Below are positions 26,009 to 39,172 of a stretch of DNA of 64,000 bases, piece after piece. A program made the translations under genes and the position numbers. The stretch is from Octopus vulgaris. Its lineage: Eukaryota. The stretch lies in contig OX597817.1 in the NCBI GenBank assembly GCA_951406725.2, positions 3,472,001 through 3,536,000 on the forward strand, read 5' to 3'. The stretch's first letter is position 1, and every line of letters starts with the position of its first letter. The notes beneath the pieces are model-generated. The model did not search any database. It had not been told where the DNA came from and worked only from the letters and a program-made list of their open reading frames with translations.

Positions 26009-26437
26009 GAGTAAGAGAGTAGTGCATACCATCAAAGTGACACTGGGGTAAAATATATGAAACCCAGTATACCCATCATGACTACTTTTCTGATAAGGGT
26101 ACGTACACCAGGCACATGCATCACAACCATATGTGCACAACATGGTGATCTCATATCAAGATTAACAGTGCAAGACCTTGCAAGTGGGGCCCAGTTAGAA
26201 TTTTCTTCTGGTCAAGTAGCCCATCCTACTCAAAAGGTCCCTGAATAAGGGTTGTTTAAGGATGTTGAAACATCCATGTTTCCAGAGGTGAATTATCCAA
26301 GTCCCAAAGAATTCCTCTCAGCACATGGCTATGATGCTCCCCCATTACCCCTACTCATGAGATGAACATATTGTCAGCCACTAAGGAACGTGTTCAACTG
26401 GTTAAGGGCAAACAAGTGACAAACAAATCTGTGGTAT

Positions 26438-26501
<64 letters not shown>

Positions 26502-26639
26502 AATAATAATAATAATTAGTAGTAGTAGTAGTAATAATAGTAAGGATTTTAACATCGTCACATGATTTGTTGTTCTTTTAACCCTGAAAGATTACAAAAT
26601 TGATCTTGGATGGATTCGAACTAGGAACTTGAAAGAAGC

Positions 26640-26796
26640 TGTGTAGTAAGTAACTTGTTTACCAACCACATGGTTCCAGGTTCAGTCCCACTGCATGGCC
26701 CCTCAGGCAAGTGTCTTCTACTATAGCCTCGGGTCGACCAAAGCCTTGTGAGTGGATTTGGTAGACGGAAACTGAAAGAAGCCTGTCGTATATATG

Positions 26797-26829
<33 letters not shown>

Positions 26830-27056
26830 GGGTGTATATGTTTGTGTGTCTGTGTTTGTCACCCCAACATCACTTGACAACCAATGCTGGTGTGTTTTAG
26901 TCACCGTAACTTAGCGGTTCTGCAAAAGAGACTGATAAAATAAGTACTAGGCTTCCAAAGAATAAGTCTTGGGGTCAATTTGCTCGACTAAAGACGCTGC
27001 TCCAGCATGGCCACAGTCAACTGACTGAAACAAGTATAAGAGTAAAAGGGAGTAAA
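26640..27056 (+). mobile_element. SINE family B
   Basis: Matches 10536-10901 throughout. Confidence 0.9.
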
Positions 27057-27580
27057 GTGACTAAATACCACAAGTAATTAGGTCCAACAATAATGTCTGT
27101 TCGATATGTTAGGTTTTTTGACACAAAACAGTGAGATGCCAGATGAATTTATTTATGATTTCTACTCTCTCTCATTACCAATTTGATTCAAAAAGTCTAT
27201 TTCCTCAGATAAAGAAGGACAGAGGCCATGATTTTTTCAGGATCTCTGAAACTGCTGGCAGGAAGTTAGCCCCAGGCCAAATACATGCAACAAATTGGAT
27301 TCTATTAAAAACTCACAAGGGCCGGTGGTGATCTTAAATGGAGCAGTGGATTAAGCCTGTCCCCTCTCACCTCCATCCTCCACCTTCAAGAACAGGAGTG
27401 ATTGCTGTGAATGGCTTGCAGACAGTTTCTGTTTATGAAATTGCATTTACAAGATTTTAGTCAGCCCAAGACTTTGGTAGTAGACATTTTCTCAAGAGGC
27501 AGCACAGTGGGATCAAACCTAACCTGCAACTACGTAAGTGTGAAGTGTTCTTTTTAACAATGCACCATCTCCACACCTAT

Positions 27581-28001
27581 ACTCTTTTACTCTTTTGCTG
27601 GTTTCAGTCATTTGACTGTGGCCATGCTGGAGCACTGCCTTTAGTCGAGCAAATCGACCACCCCAGGACTTATTCTTTGTAAGCCTAGTACTTCTATCGG
27701 TCTCTTTTGCCAAACCACTAAGTTACGGGGACGTAAGCACACCAGCATCGGTTGTCAAGCGATGTTGGGGGGACAAACACAGACACACAAAAATATACAC
27801 ACACATACATACATATATATATATATGTATACATATATACGACGGGTTTCTTTCAGTTTCCGTCTACCAAATCCACTCACAAGGCTTTGGTCGGCCCAAG
27901 GCTATAGTAGAAGACACTTGCCCAAGGTGCCACGCAGTTGGACTGAACCCAGAACCATGTGGTTGGTAATCAAGCTACTTACCACACAGCCACTCCTGCA
28001 C
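27581..28001 (-). mobile_element. SINE family B, adjacent to/nested in an older B copy (27410-27560)
   Basis: Full family B consensus. Confidence 0.9.
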
Positions 28002-28696
28002 TATATGATGGAAGATATTGAAATTGTCAAGATATGTAGGGCTGCTGCTACTGATATCAATATCAGTAATAGTAGCTCCACATATCCAGACAATTGGTTG
28101 GTATGATTGTCATTTTTATTATTGTTTAATCTTAGATCAGCTCCAGCATGGCCATCTCATTTTGGTTTATCAGAGAATTAGTATCTAGGACAACATTAAG
28201 ACAGTACAACATAAACTGAGGGAGATTTAACTGCAATTTTTAGCTGAGCAATCAGTGTATTGATAAGTTTTTCCTGTATTTTCTCATTTGGTACTTGACT
28301 CACCACCTAAAGTTAGTGGTAGTAGTTGATACACTTTTATTTAGTCCTAAGTCATCCCTGATTGAACAGAACTATAATCAAAGGCATTCCAACCATGACC
28401 ATCCCATCTGTTTCAAATGTGCACTGAACCCAGAAACTCATTATCCAATGTGTTCTGTTCTAAGATGTGTGATTTCAGTTATGATACAAGGGAGAACTGG
28501 CTGCTATTTCTAGCAAGTTGAGTGACCAGGCAATGATTCCTTGTTGGTTCATAAAATTGGTAATTCTTGCAGTTGCTATGTAGGGTCATAGAAACTATGA
28601 TGTCACTGAGATGTTGCAGTTGTTTAGCCCCAAGACAACCCTCAGTCAGCAGACTTATGATTGATTGCTTTAGAGTCATAACCATCCCCATTACCG

Positions 28697-28908
28697 CCTG
28701 ACTGGCCCTCGTGCAGGGGGCACGTAAAAGCACCCACTACACTCTCGGAGTGGTTGGCGTTAGGAAGGGCATCCAGCTGTAGAAACTCTGCCAGATAAGA
28801 TTGGAGCCTGGTGCAGCCATCTGGCTTGCCAACCCTCAGTCAAACTGTCCAACCCATGCCAGCATGGAAAGCAGATGTTAAATGATGATGATGATGATGA
28901 TGATGATG
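28697..28908 (+). mobile_element. Retroposon family E with (ATG)n tail
   Basis: cacccactacactctcggagtggttggcgttaggaagggcatccagctgtagaaac...agcatggaaagc.ga.gttaaa(tga)n; six copies in window. Confidence 0.85.
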
Positions 28909-29359
28909 AAATTCATTAAGGTGGAATTTGAGAGAACGATTTAGCTTCTTTTAGTGATTACACAGAGACTTGTTTTTGGATTATAGTAATGGTGGTAACA
29001 GTGGTCATTGGTAGTAAGTATTAGTGTTATGGTATTGTGATATGGAGGTAGAGGTAGAAGTGTTGTTAGGCAATCATGGTAGTACTGATGATGAAGGTTG
29101 CGTAAGTGGTTGGGATAACACTGGCGATGCTGTTAATGAGAGTGTCCATATTGATGGTTATAGTGTTTACTGTCGTAGTTTACCCCCATTTCTAATCTGA
29201 GTGAGTACATCAAAGGCATTATAACTTTGACGATATTCTGTGTAGAAATATACTTTTCGACTATAGTACAATGGACTAAATTTGAGAGTTTGCATAAAAA
29301 AGCAAAGAAAACAATATCCCATCCAAAAACAAAAGAATTAAAAAATATATATATTCCAA

Positions 29360-30170
29360 CTAGATTATGGCTAGGAGATAACAGTTTTCTCAAAGTCACC
29401 ACCTTCAGCCTTCCATATGTCTCAAAATGGTATTGGAACCTGGTGCATACACTTTTCACGTTGTCCCTGGGAAGATCTTTGAACACCTCCTAGATCTTGA
29501 CCACCAGTTGTTCTGGGTGTTGTGCAGCTGGTCTTGGCAGAAGTTCTTTTCATTTGAGAAGAACCAGGTCATCATAAGCTTAGCAGGGCACCCCAACTTA
29601 TTCAAGAGCTTCTTTGCCTTCAACAAGCAGTTCTTCTTGGGTTTGGCTGTCAAGATTTGTTCCTTGTCCCTCCTGAATGAATGGTTGCAAAGGGCTTCAT
29701 TCAGATCCAGCTTCATGGTTGTGACTCCAACTCCCATCTCCCTTGTCAAGGCCCAGATTACCTTGTTTCGATCCATCACATTATCCGGCAGTTGTTGTAT
29801 GAATTCCAATTGGCAGACACATTCAGAATGCCTGCTATGTCCCTTTGTGTTGACCATGGCCTCGTAGTCTCTATTGTAGTTGTCCATGTCACATCTTACC
29901 ACTTTACAATGTTCACAGAGCATTGAGCAGCAGTCATGATGTTGACAGTTTGGTGGCTTCCAGTCTTCCATATCAACTTGTTCTCAACTAAAACTTTAAT
30001 CTTTATGCTCTCCAATGTCATTGACTGCTCAGCAATACATCAACAACACATTCTGCAGAGGTTCATTGCACTTGTGTGGTATATATCCCTTTTCAATGAG
30101 TTGGTGTTTAATGCCTGATCCTAGGCAGCAATGATTAGCCTTTCGGTTTTCTTTTTTAGGTGACCCTTGC
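29360..30170 (-). mobile_element. Tc1/mariner superfamily relic, maT (DD37D)-like transposase with internal deletion
   Basis: HTH-like WALTREMGVGVTTMK, KAKKLLNKL..WFFSNEKNFCQDQLHNTQNNW (FSDEK..NxQNxR motif) joined to C-terminal VKSVCTRFQYHFE; catalytic centre missing so subfamily is tentative. Confidence 0.7.
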
Positions 30171-30309
30171 TGAGCCACCTCCATGATGCTTTCTGGTCTT
30201 TTAAGTTGTTAGTTTCATGGTAGAACTGACCATGTAATTCCATGCGGAGTATTATTATTGTTGTTGTTAATATTTATGGTGGTGGTTTGGCCCTAAATAA
30301 TATTTTCTG

Positions 30310-31185
30310 CTATAGACCCAAAGCCTGAAATTTGAGGGAGTATGGTTAGTTGATTACATTGGTCCCAGTGCTTGACTGGTACTTATTTCATTGACTATGA
30401 AAGATGAAAGGCAAAGTTGATCTCAGCAAAATCTGAGTTCAGGCTGCATTTTGTTTGTTGAGCTAATGATTCTGCCTCCTCACCTCCTTAATAATAATGA
30501 TTTCAAATTTTGGCACAAGGCCAGCCATTTCAGGGTGGTTGATAAATCGATTATGTTGACAACAGTGCTCATCTGTTTCCTGTTTTATCAACAATCCAAA
30601 AGGGATAGAAGACAAAGTCGACCCCAGAGGCACAGGAATTCAGACAAAATGCCACTAAGCATTTTGCCATATATGGTAACTATTCTTATTTCTTTACACA
30701 CAGGGGCTACACACAGAGGGGACAAACAAGGACAGACAAATGTATTAAGTCAATTATATCAACCCCAGTGTGTAACTGGTACTTATTTAATCGACCCCAA
30801 AAGGATGAAAGGCAAAGTTGACCTCGGCGGAATTTGAATTCAGAATGTAGCAGCAGACAAAATACTGCGAAGCATTTCGCCCAGTGTGCTAACATTTCTG
30901 CCAGCTCGCTGCCTTATAGTTACCATATATGGTAACTATTCTACCTGCTCACTGCCTTTAATAATGCTAAGAATGGTTTCAAATTTTGTCACAAGGCCAG
31001 CAGTTTTAGGGGAGGGGTAAGTCAATTACATTGACCCCAGTGCTCTACTGGTACATATTTCATAAACCCTGAAAGCATCAAAGGCAAAGTTGACCTTAGA
31101 GGAATTTGAACTTGGATTGTAAAGATCGATGAAATGCTACTAAGCATTTTACTCAGCATGCTAACAATTCTACCAGCTCACTATA
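30310..31185 (-). mobile_element. Stack of family A SINEs, including a young copy (30687-30915) nested in an older one
   Basis: 20-bp duplication CCATATATGGTAACTATTCT at 30667-86 and 30923-42; further old copies 30310-30490 and 30975-31185. Confidence 0.85.
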
Positions 31186-31248
31186 TTCACTTTACTACTA
31201 CTACTACTACTACTGCTACTAATGATAATAATAATAATAATAATAATA

Positions 31249-32525
31249 AAATCAGATGTAAACAGGATTTATCTTCCAAGAAAAATAGGTGGAAGGGGCC
31301 TGATACAGCTCAAACAATCCTTCAAATCAGCAATAATAGGCCTGAAAATGTACCTTAATACAACAAGTGATGTGATCTTATGAATTGCACTGAAGTATGA
31401 AGATTCCAAGCAAGCTTCAGTCATGAAGCTTTGTCAGAAATTCAAGTCTCTTGACCTAGAAGTTAATAATAACAATGATCAAAGACACCCAAAAACTGAC
31501 AGACCAGCCATTGCTTTTCCTGATTTAGAAATTAATAATTAGGAAAATCAGAGAGATCCAGATGGTAACAAACCTATCACTGATGCAAAAACCTCAAATA
31601 AAAAGCATAGAAGGCTTGCATGAATAATATCGAAGACAAGTGGAAACGTAAACTTCTGCATGGAAAATACTCTAACCACCTGCCCAAGACATATCAATCA
31701 AAATCTAATACACTAATGGCTACAAGTGATAGGTCTGAAAGGGGAAACAAGGTTTTGTTATTGCAGCACAAGATCAGTGCTTACCTACCGGAAACTACCA
31801 TGCAAATGTCCTTAAAGGTGGATCTGACCCCTCATGTAGAATTTTCGGAAAATTCACAAAGAAAATTGATCATATTGTTTTTGGCTGCCCAATCCTCACT
31901 GCAAAGGAGTACCTCATAAGACATTATAGACTAGGGCAGTAATCCACTGGAATGCTTGTAAATACTACAAAATTAAATCCCATGTTAAGTGATACAGGCA
32001 CCATCCATAGGATGTAGTAAATAGCGAATGAGTCACCACCCTTTGGAACTTTCCAATACAAATAGACAGAAAAATTGACTCCAATTGACCAGACATTGTG
32101 ATCAAGGACTACTACAGAGGAACTTGTCTGTTAATAGATATGCCTGTCCCACAAGATCAAAATGTCTCAAGAGAGGAATACAGAAAGCTTTCTCACTATA
32201 AAGACTTGAAAACTGAAATCACAAAAATGTGGTATCTTACTACTATGATAATACCAGTAGTCACTGGTGCATTGGGAATGATAAAGAAGGGAGCTGAGAA
32301 GTATATTAAGTAACTCCCTGGTAACTCCAGTATCTGTGAACTATAAAAGATACCCTCGATGGGTACAGCCCATATACTATGGAAAGCATTCTCCATCTAA
32401 AATGGAATAAATGTGGTGATAGTTTTAGTATGCATGGCAAAACAAAAGTGGCCTTGCTACTCTTGGCCTCCGGAGGATGCCCGGTACTAAGGAGCTGAAA
32501 TAAAGTTATAATGGAAAGAAACCAT
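31249..32525 (+). mobile_element. 5'-truncated R4/Dong-like LINE flanked by (TAA)n
   Basis: KSDVNRIYLPRKIGGRGLIQL, KWKRKLLHGKY, FVIAAQDQCLPT, CRIFGK..IDHIVFGCP, PDIVIKD..CLLIDMPVP..KLSHYKDL, IPVVTGALG; stops and frameshifts. Confidence 0.9.
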
Positions 32526-32570
32526 GAATAATAATAGTAATGATGATGATGATGATGATGATGATATTGA

Positions 32571-33640
32571 TGCTTGCTTGCTTACTTACTCTTGACAGCC
32601 CATCAAAGGTAATGACAATATTGATCCAAAACATTGATCCTCCTTCACCTCCAGCATATTGTTTCTCATCCTGTGTCACTGAGTGCACTGAAAGTGACCC
32701 AAACAATAGCAGCAGGAAGCTGATGATGAAGTCTCCTCCTCTCTTTATAGAGTCTCCTGCCTTGAGTTTGAAAGTGCTCCATTCCAGCATCACACACAGG
32801 CTTCAAAGCAGGGACACCGCATAAAACGAGAGACCTACTTCTGGTCTCAATCAAGCTGAAGAGAACCATCTTTGAGTACTGGTTACCAAGCATCTGAATC
32901 ACATGACTAACCCAGTGGAGAAGATGATGTAGGATGCAGGCTTCAATGCTGTAGGTCCCAGCCCTCAGGAGTATTTCAGTATGTGGTCATGTAAAATCGA
33001 TGAGGGATCTAATATGGAATGCTTCTGGCACCTGCAAAGGGTTTAGCACTCTGACTCACAAAAGAGGGTGGATACACAGATAGCTCAATAAATGGAGATT
33101 TTTGTACTTACTCTAAGGTTCTAAAAGCATCAATGCTGAATCTTTTGAAAGATGCAGTGTTCAAGTTGATCTGACAAAGTATCCCCCCATCAAGGAGTTC
33201 AGTGTTAGAGATTGTGCTTCCAAGGTAGAAGTTTGATTCTGCATGCAGTAGAGGATCATCATTAATAAGGACAGGCTGAGTGGGGAGGGAAGAATAGGGG
33301 GTAGATGATTGGAGTACATCATTTTTTGGATGATTTACTTGCAGACTAAGCTGAGAATAGGAAGTCTTCATTGAAATCAGTATTTGCTGAAAAGAAGTGG
33401 AGATATGAACTGGTGTTGTTGGATCATCAGCAAAATGATCCTGTACGCTTTGGTTGAGAGGAACTTTTGATATGGCTTTCAGGCAGTGAGTGTTTAAGAT
33501 GCTGCCATTATTTGAATTATGTCTTCTTCAGTGAACTAGAAAGAAGGGTTACAGCCACCAGGTAATTGTTAAACAGTACAGGGGCAAGGCTTTATTCTTG
33601 TTTTACCTCCATCTGGACATCATGGGGTGATAATGATAAT
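32571..33640 (-). mobile_element. Decayed RTE-clade LINE 3' half
   Basis: Minus strand EVKQE..LAPVLFNNY (GVKQG motif), FYLGSTISNTELLDGGI; short (AAGT/AAGC)n tail at 32571-32590. Confidence 0.7.
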
Positions 33641-33779
33641 AATTGCTGATCTGCTGTATATAGATAGTAGGATACTGGATGAAATACAAGTAAAAAAGAA
33701 GAGTTTAGCTGTTGGCTAGATGAATTACAGGAAGACTTACAACAACATCCCACACTGCTAGCTCTTTGAGTGCCTGAAA

Positions 33780-35470
33780 ACACTTGGAGTCAATAAGACA
33801 AATAGCTTTTCAAAAAAGCAAAGAGAGTGTGGGAAGTAGAACTGTCATAAGCAAATGAGTCACTAGGAAATGTAGAAATACACAGGGGCATTTTATAGGG
33901 CGACTTGCTCTGACAGGTGTACTGAGAAAATCCTGGCCTGCCAATGATTTTATCAAAATCAAGGTGAAAATAAATCGCCCACTTTTTATGGATGACCTCA
34001 AACTATATACAGAAAGTAAGAAGGACTTGGATTCTCTGATCCAAATAGTGTGTTCTGCAAGGCTACTGGGATGCAATTTGGAGTCAATAAATGTACAGCA
34101 TTAATTATGGAGGTGGCTGGAAGAAAAACTCAGATGACATGAAATTACCGCAAGTCAACATCATTAGGTCAATGTGGAATAATGAGGAATACAAATACCT
34201 AGGAGTGCTGTAAGATAGGATAATAGAAGGAGAAATCATCATCATCATCATCATTTAACGTCTGTTTTCCATGCTGGCATGGGTTGGATGGTTTGATTGA
34301 GGACTGGAAAGCCAGAAGCTGCACCAGGCTCCAATCTAATCTGGCAATGTTTCTACAGCTGGATGCTTTTCCTAATGCCAACCACTCTGAGAGTGTAGTG
34401 GGTGCTTTTTTTGTGCCACTGGCACAGGAGCCAGTCAGGGGCACTGGCATCGATCATGTTCGGATAGTGCTTTTTATGTGCCACTGGCACAGGAACCAGT
34501 CAGGGGGCACTGGCATCAGCCATGTGCAGAGGGTGCTTTTTACATTCCAGTGGAGGAGAAATGAGAGTGAATATCTCTAAAGAAAACAAGAGTACAAGAG
34601 GAGAATTAGGAAGGTGCTTGAAACAAATTAAATGTTGAAATTTTCATTAAAGCAATAAATATATGAGTCATGCCAGTATTAAGGTACACTGGTCTCTTTC
34701 TGAAATAGATAAAGGTCAAGTTAAAGAACTAAGATAAAACTAGAGAGCTGCTCACAATGCACAATGCACATCACCATTAAAGTAATAACAGCAGATTCTA
34801 TTTACCAAGAAAGGAAGTACTCTGATATTGGGGTTGAAAGATTATGTTGTGTAGAGTGAAGAAAGAATACTATTGGCAGCAAGGAATGCCCAAAAAGTTA
34901 CTGAGTCGGTGGAAGAATTTAAGAATTGAAGGAAGAATAAGACAGTAAGCAGATGGACAGAAATGGAATTACATGGCTAATTCCTATAACAGACCAAAGA
35001 TGCTGGAAGTAAAGCTATGGCTGATGGAGGGAACTTGAAACAAGAGACTGAAGTTCTAATTATAATCACTCAGGAACAAGCCATTAAGATGAATTTGGTA
35101 AAGGCAAAGATCAAGAAAGTCAGTCAGACTGCAAATGTAGAATCTGTCAGAAAAGATTCAAAAGTATCAATCATGTCTTGAGTGAGTGCATTAAGCTAGC
35201 ACAAAAGAAGCATAAGGGCAGGTATGGCTGTGTAGGTCAATGAGTGCATTGGGATGTGTAGGTCAATGAGTGCATTGGGATGTTAACCGAGTGTGTGGCT
35301 TTGAAATAACAAAAAAGTAGCATGAACGCAAACCAAAGACAGTAACTGAAAATGAGGATTACAGAATCTTATGGGACTTTTCCTTAAAGACTGACCATAC
35401 TATTGAAGCCAGATCAGGTATAGGGGATAAACTAAAACAAAGTTGTAAGGTCATGGACTTTGGAAAATAA
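33780..35470 (+). mobile_element. Decayed R4/Dong-like LINE (RT to endonuclease), interrupted by a family E copy
   Basis: LFMDDLKLY at 33982-34008, GMQFGVNKC, EYKYLGVL, FYLPRKE, CKCRIC..INHVLSECIKLAQK, ILWDFSLKTDHTIEAR. Confidence 0.88.
34237..34553 (-). mobile_element. Retroposon family E with internal ~65-bp tandem units
   Basis: (CAT)n tail; 9-bp TSD AGGAGAAAT at 34228-36 and 34554-62; units start at 34402, 34467, 34533. Confidence 0.88.
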
Positions 35471-35527
35471 CTAAATATAGTCATGGTTAGAATACCTTTC
35501 TTTATATGTTTAGGAAACCTCTGGCTA

Positions 35528-35860
35528 TAGGTATAGGAGCACTCTGTTGGTTACGATGATGAGGGTCCCAGCTGATACGATCAATGGAACAGCTTGCTTC
35601 TGAAATTAATGTGCAAGTGACTGAGCAATCCATAGACATGTGTACCCCTAATGTAGTTCTCAGGGAGATTCAGCATGACACAGAGTGGGACAAGGCCGGC
35701 CCTTTGAAATAGAGGTGCAACTCATTTTTGCCAGCTGAGTGGACTGGAGCAAAGTGAAATAAAGTGTCTTGCTCAAGAACACAACGCGTCACCGGGAATT
35801 GAACTTACGACCTTGCAATCGTGACCCGAATGCCCAAACCACTAAGCCACGTGCCTTCAC
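35528..35860 (-). mobile_element. CORE-like tRNA-derived SINE family D, full length
   Basis: A box tggcttagtgg, B box gttcaattccc, gttgtgttcttgagcaagacacttt..ccactcagctg..aaatgagt; 13-bp TSD AAACCTCTGGCTA at 35515-27 and 35861-73. Confidence 0.9.
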
Positions 35861-35937
35861 AAACCTCTGGCTAAACAACTATAAAAGCAACAATATGGTA
35901 GTGATAACCTAATAAAAACCTACTAACAGAAACAATA

Positions 35938-36260
35938 GTGGATGTGCAATGGCCCAGTGGTTAGGGCAGTGGACTCGCAGTCGGAGGATTGCAGTTTCGA
36001 TTCCCAGACCGGGTGTTGTGTGTGTTTATTGAGCAAAAACACCTAAAAGCTCGATGAGGCTCCGGTAGGGGGTGGTGGTGACCCCTGTTGTATTCTTTTG
36101 CCACAACTTTCTCTCACTCTCTCTTCCTGTTTCTTGAGTAACACTGTGATGGACTGGCGTCCCGTCCAGCTGGGGGGAACACATGCGCCACAGAAACCGG
36201 GAAACTGGGCCCATGAGCCTGGTTAGGCTTGAAAAGGGTGAAAAAAAAACGAAAAATAAA
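35938..36260 (+). mobile_element. SINE family C
   Basis: Matches 61674-61977; 13-bp TSD AACAGAAACAATA at 35925-37 and 36261-73. Confidence 0.9.
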
Positions 36261-36559
36261 AACAGAAACAATAACTAGAGCAACATCTGCAATTAGAAAT
36301 CTATTGTAAAATATCTTCTGTAGAAGTACAAAATTATTTTGTAAAAAATAATGGAGAGAAATAGTTACAAAATATGAACAAAAGAGAAAAAGTAATTTTC
36401 TGTCTTAAGGGAATCTAACAAATATAAAATGAGATTGAAGTATAAGAAATCTAAGAGAAAGAGGAAGAAACAATAACAACAATTAAGAAAAGATAAATTG
36501 ATAAAAACAAAACTATGAAATGTCATGCTAAATTAGTGTAAGAAAAGCTCCAACATGGC

Positions 36560-37260
36560 CATTACTGAGTCAGAACAGGCTAAAGGAAGATTACAGCATT
36601 GATTAAAAAAAAACAAAAAAAAAAACTCAGGACTCAGAGTTTTGATTGTAATTCAAGAGCACAGCCTTTTCACCAGCAATCTCCAAAAACTTAATGAAGT
36701 AATGTACATAAATTAACTGGAGAATATATGTAGAAACTGAAAAGAAATAATCAATCACATAATTTCCAGCTGTCCAGTTCTAACCAAAACAGAATATATA
36801 AACAGAAGCAACAGGGTTGGCAGTTCCATGCACAGCAAACTATGTCAGAGTTATGTAATATCTGCAGAAGTGAAGTGACATAAACATACTACAAAAGACC
36901 TCAGAAAATGGCAAAGTGACCTTACTGTGGAATATGCCAATTCACTGAGACAAGGAGATTAAGGTAAGTCAAAGGTAAATCACCTCAACAATATTGTCAA
37001 AGGCCATCAGGGGAAAGGAAATGATGTATCAATTTCTATAGAAATCTGCGTATAAGTTGGAAGAAATAGAAAAATAATCCAGATATAAACCCCAGAAATA
37101 GAGAATGTAGGCATTGAAAACAGAAACAGTCCCCATAATAATAATTGCTTTGGGAATGATAAAAAAAAAGAATTACATAAAAATATATGAGAGGAATTGT
37201 ACAGATATATGATATATAGAAAATAGCAATCTTGTCAGTGTAGATATTTGCAGAACTTTG
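36560..37260 (+). mobile_element. Very old R4/Dong-like LINE 3' fragment
   Basis: HIISSCPVLTKTEYINRSNRVG, NGKVTLLWNMPIH, IIALGMIKK. Confidence 0.65.
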
Positions 37261-37299
37261 TAACACAGAAAAAAGTGGTGGAATGTTAATTGTTTCTAA

Positions 37300-37480
37300 A
37301 ACAGGCACAATGTCTGAAATTTAGGGGAAAAGTGAACTGGTTAAATTGTCCCCTGTACTTGATTCCTACATTATCTTATTGATCCTAGAAGGATGAGAGG
37401 CAAAATTGACCGTAACAGGGTTTGGACTCAGAGTAGTGAAGTAGAACAAATGTGCAAAGCATTTTCTCCGATGCTCTGAC
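37300..37480 (-). mobile_element. Old family A SINE
   Basis: gaaggatgagaggcaaaattgacc..ttggactcaga block. Confidence 0.6.
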
Positions 37481-38006
37481 AATAATGAAAATCTACTGCT
37501 TAATTATGATTTCATTATTATTGTGATAAAGATGATGAATAAGGGGATATTACAGAGACAAGAAAGAAAATGCCTCAGGGTTTTAATATGGAAGGGATAT
37601 AGCAAGGTAAAATTATATGTATGGGTATACCTAACATATACTCAGGGTAGGCAGCTGGCAAAGACGCAACGAAAATTTTTGGAAAATAACAATAAGAAAT
37701 AAGTGGAAATTTTACCAGTGAATGTGTTAAAATATAGGGCACAAAAAGAAAATGACTCTCCCCAGACACAACAGAATATGCTTCAACACACGAACTCACA
37801 TAAAGAATCTTGCAAATCAAATCCAAAAATGAAATAACCTTTATGTAGTAAAACAAAAAATAAGTGAAACACAGGGGCACAAATGAATGGAAGGCAGATC
37901 TATTTCTGCCTTTATAGCATTTAGATAGAAAACGGCATTGTAGAAATGTATGCAGCACGTGTACTACAGTAGTACTATGCATGGCTTAAATGCTGAGATT
38001 GAAAAG

Positions 38007-38197
38007 CAGGGGCGAATTATGCCTACCTAATCTACAAAAAAAAAAAAAAATTGCATTTTATGCATAGTAATTAGACTAACCTTCATAAATTTATTGAATT
38101 AGGTGCATATTTTGCCATGCGAGGAAAATGATTCTATTGATCTATTTTATTCAAGGTAGGCACTGCCTACCTTGCCTACCTATGTGGCACATCTCTG
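38007..38197. mobile_element. Possible MITE relic (CAGGGGCG...CTG ends, GGTAGGCAcTGCCTACC palindrome)
   Basis: cagggg start, repeated tgcctacc motifs, ctctg end; no clear TSD. Confidence 0.35.
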
Positions 38198-38231
38198 ATA
38201 CATACCTACATACATACATACATACATACAT

Positions 38232-38277
<46 letters not shown>

Positions 38278-38295
38278 GTATGGCAGCATACATAT

Positions 38296-38489
38296 GTAGT
38301 CCGCAGAAAAGAAATGACAGCCAACAGACTGGATTCAATGTATAGATGTGACCTCTGCAAACAAGACTGCCACTCTCGCATCAGTCTCTACAACCACAGG
38401 AGGCGTTGCAAAACCTGAATAGACAACTCAACTGACGGATGACATCATCCATGGTCAGCCATGACTGACAGAGGCCCTAAGAAGAAGAA
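38296..38489 (+). mobile_element. RTE-clade LINE extreme 3' end
   Basis: YRCDLCKQDCHSRISLYNHRRRC* zinc-finger-like terminus, short UTR and (AAG)n tail. Confidence 0.75.
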
Positions 38490-38495
38490 TATATG

Positions 38496-38535
<40 letters not shown>

Positions 38536-38539
<4 letters not shown>

Positions 38540-38680
38540 AAATTAAAAATGGAAAATACGCACACTTACATGGTTATAGTATAATTTTTAAGTGTGCGTA
38601 TTTTCCGTTTTTAATTTCTTACATACATTACAATCCACCACGTGGGGACAACCAAAATTCCTCTTTTCTGTTACTACTAC
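38536..38680 (+). mobile_element. Short element in (TA)n with 33-bp inverted arms (38536-68 / 38589-621)
   Basis: taagaaattaaaaatggaaaatacgcacactta is reverse-complemented 20 nt downstream. Confidence 0.6.
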
Positions 38681-39172
38681 TATATATATATATTTATACA
38701 CATACACACATACATATATATATATATATACACACACATACATATTCATGTTTGTACGTATATGTATGTATACATATATATACACACACACACACATATA
38801 TATGGGTGTATATAATGTGAAGGTACGTGGCCTAGTGGTTAGGGTATTGCCCCCAAAATTGCTAGATCATGTGTTTGATTCCTGGATTGGCTGACGTATT
38901 GTGTTCTGGAGCAAAACATTTTATTTTCCATTGTTCTAGTGGGTGGAAGAATACCAGAACTATTGGCATATTATTGGAGATGCTTTATTGTGTATCTTTT
39001 GACTCTCTACATTCTGAGTTCAAATTCCACCTACATGGAGAAGGTAATGGAAAAACATATAATTTTCTGTATCTATGTTCATCATCCAATCATGTCCTAT
39101 GTTTTTTCAAAAATGTGTTTTCAAAAATATACATATATATATACACACATATATATATATACATATATATAC

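Noticed and set aside
34402-34553. CRISPR-like repeat array
   Set aside because: Whole 65-bp units repeat with no unique spacers; eukaryotic retroposon context, no cas genes
35229-35280. 26-bp tandem duplication in the LINE relic
   Set aside because: Ordinary local slippage with no sign of function
38296-38418. Host C2H2 zinc-finger exon
   Set aside because: Single C-terminal finger followed by short UTR and (AAG)n tail fits an RTE LINE end
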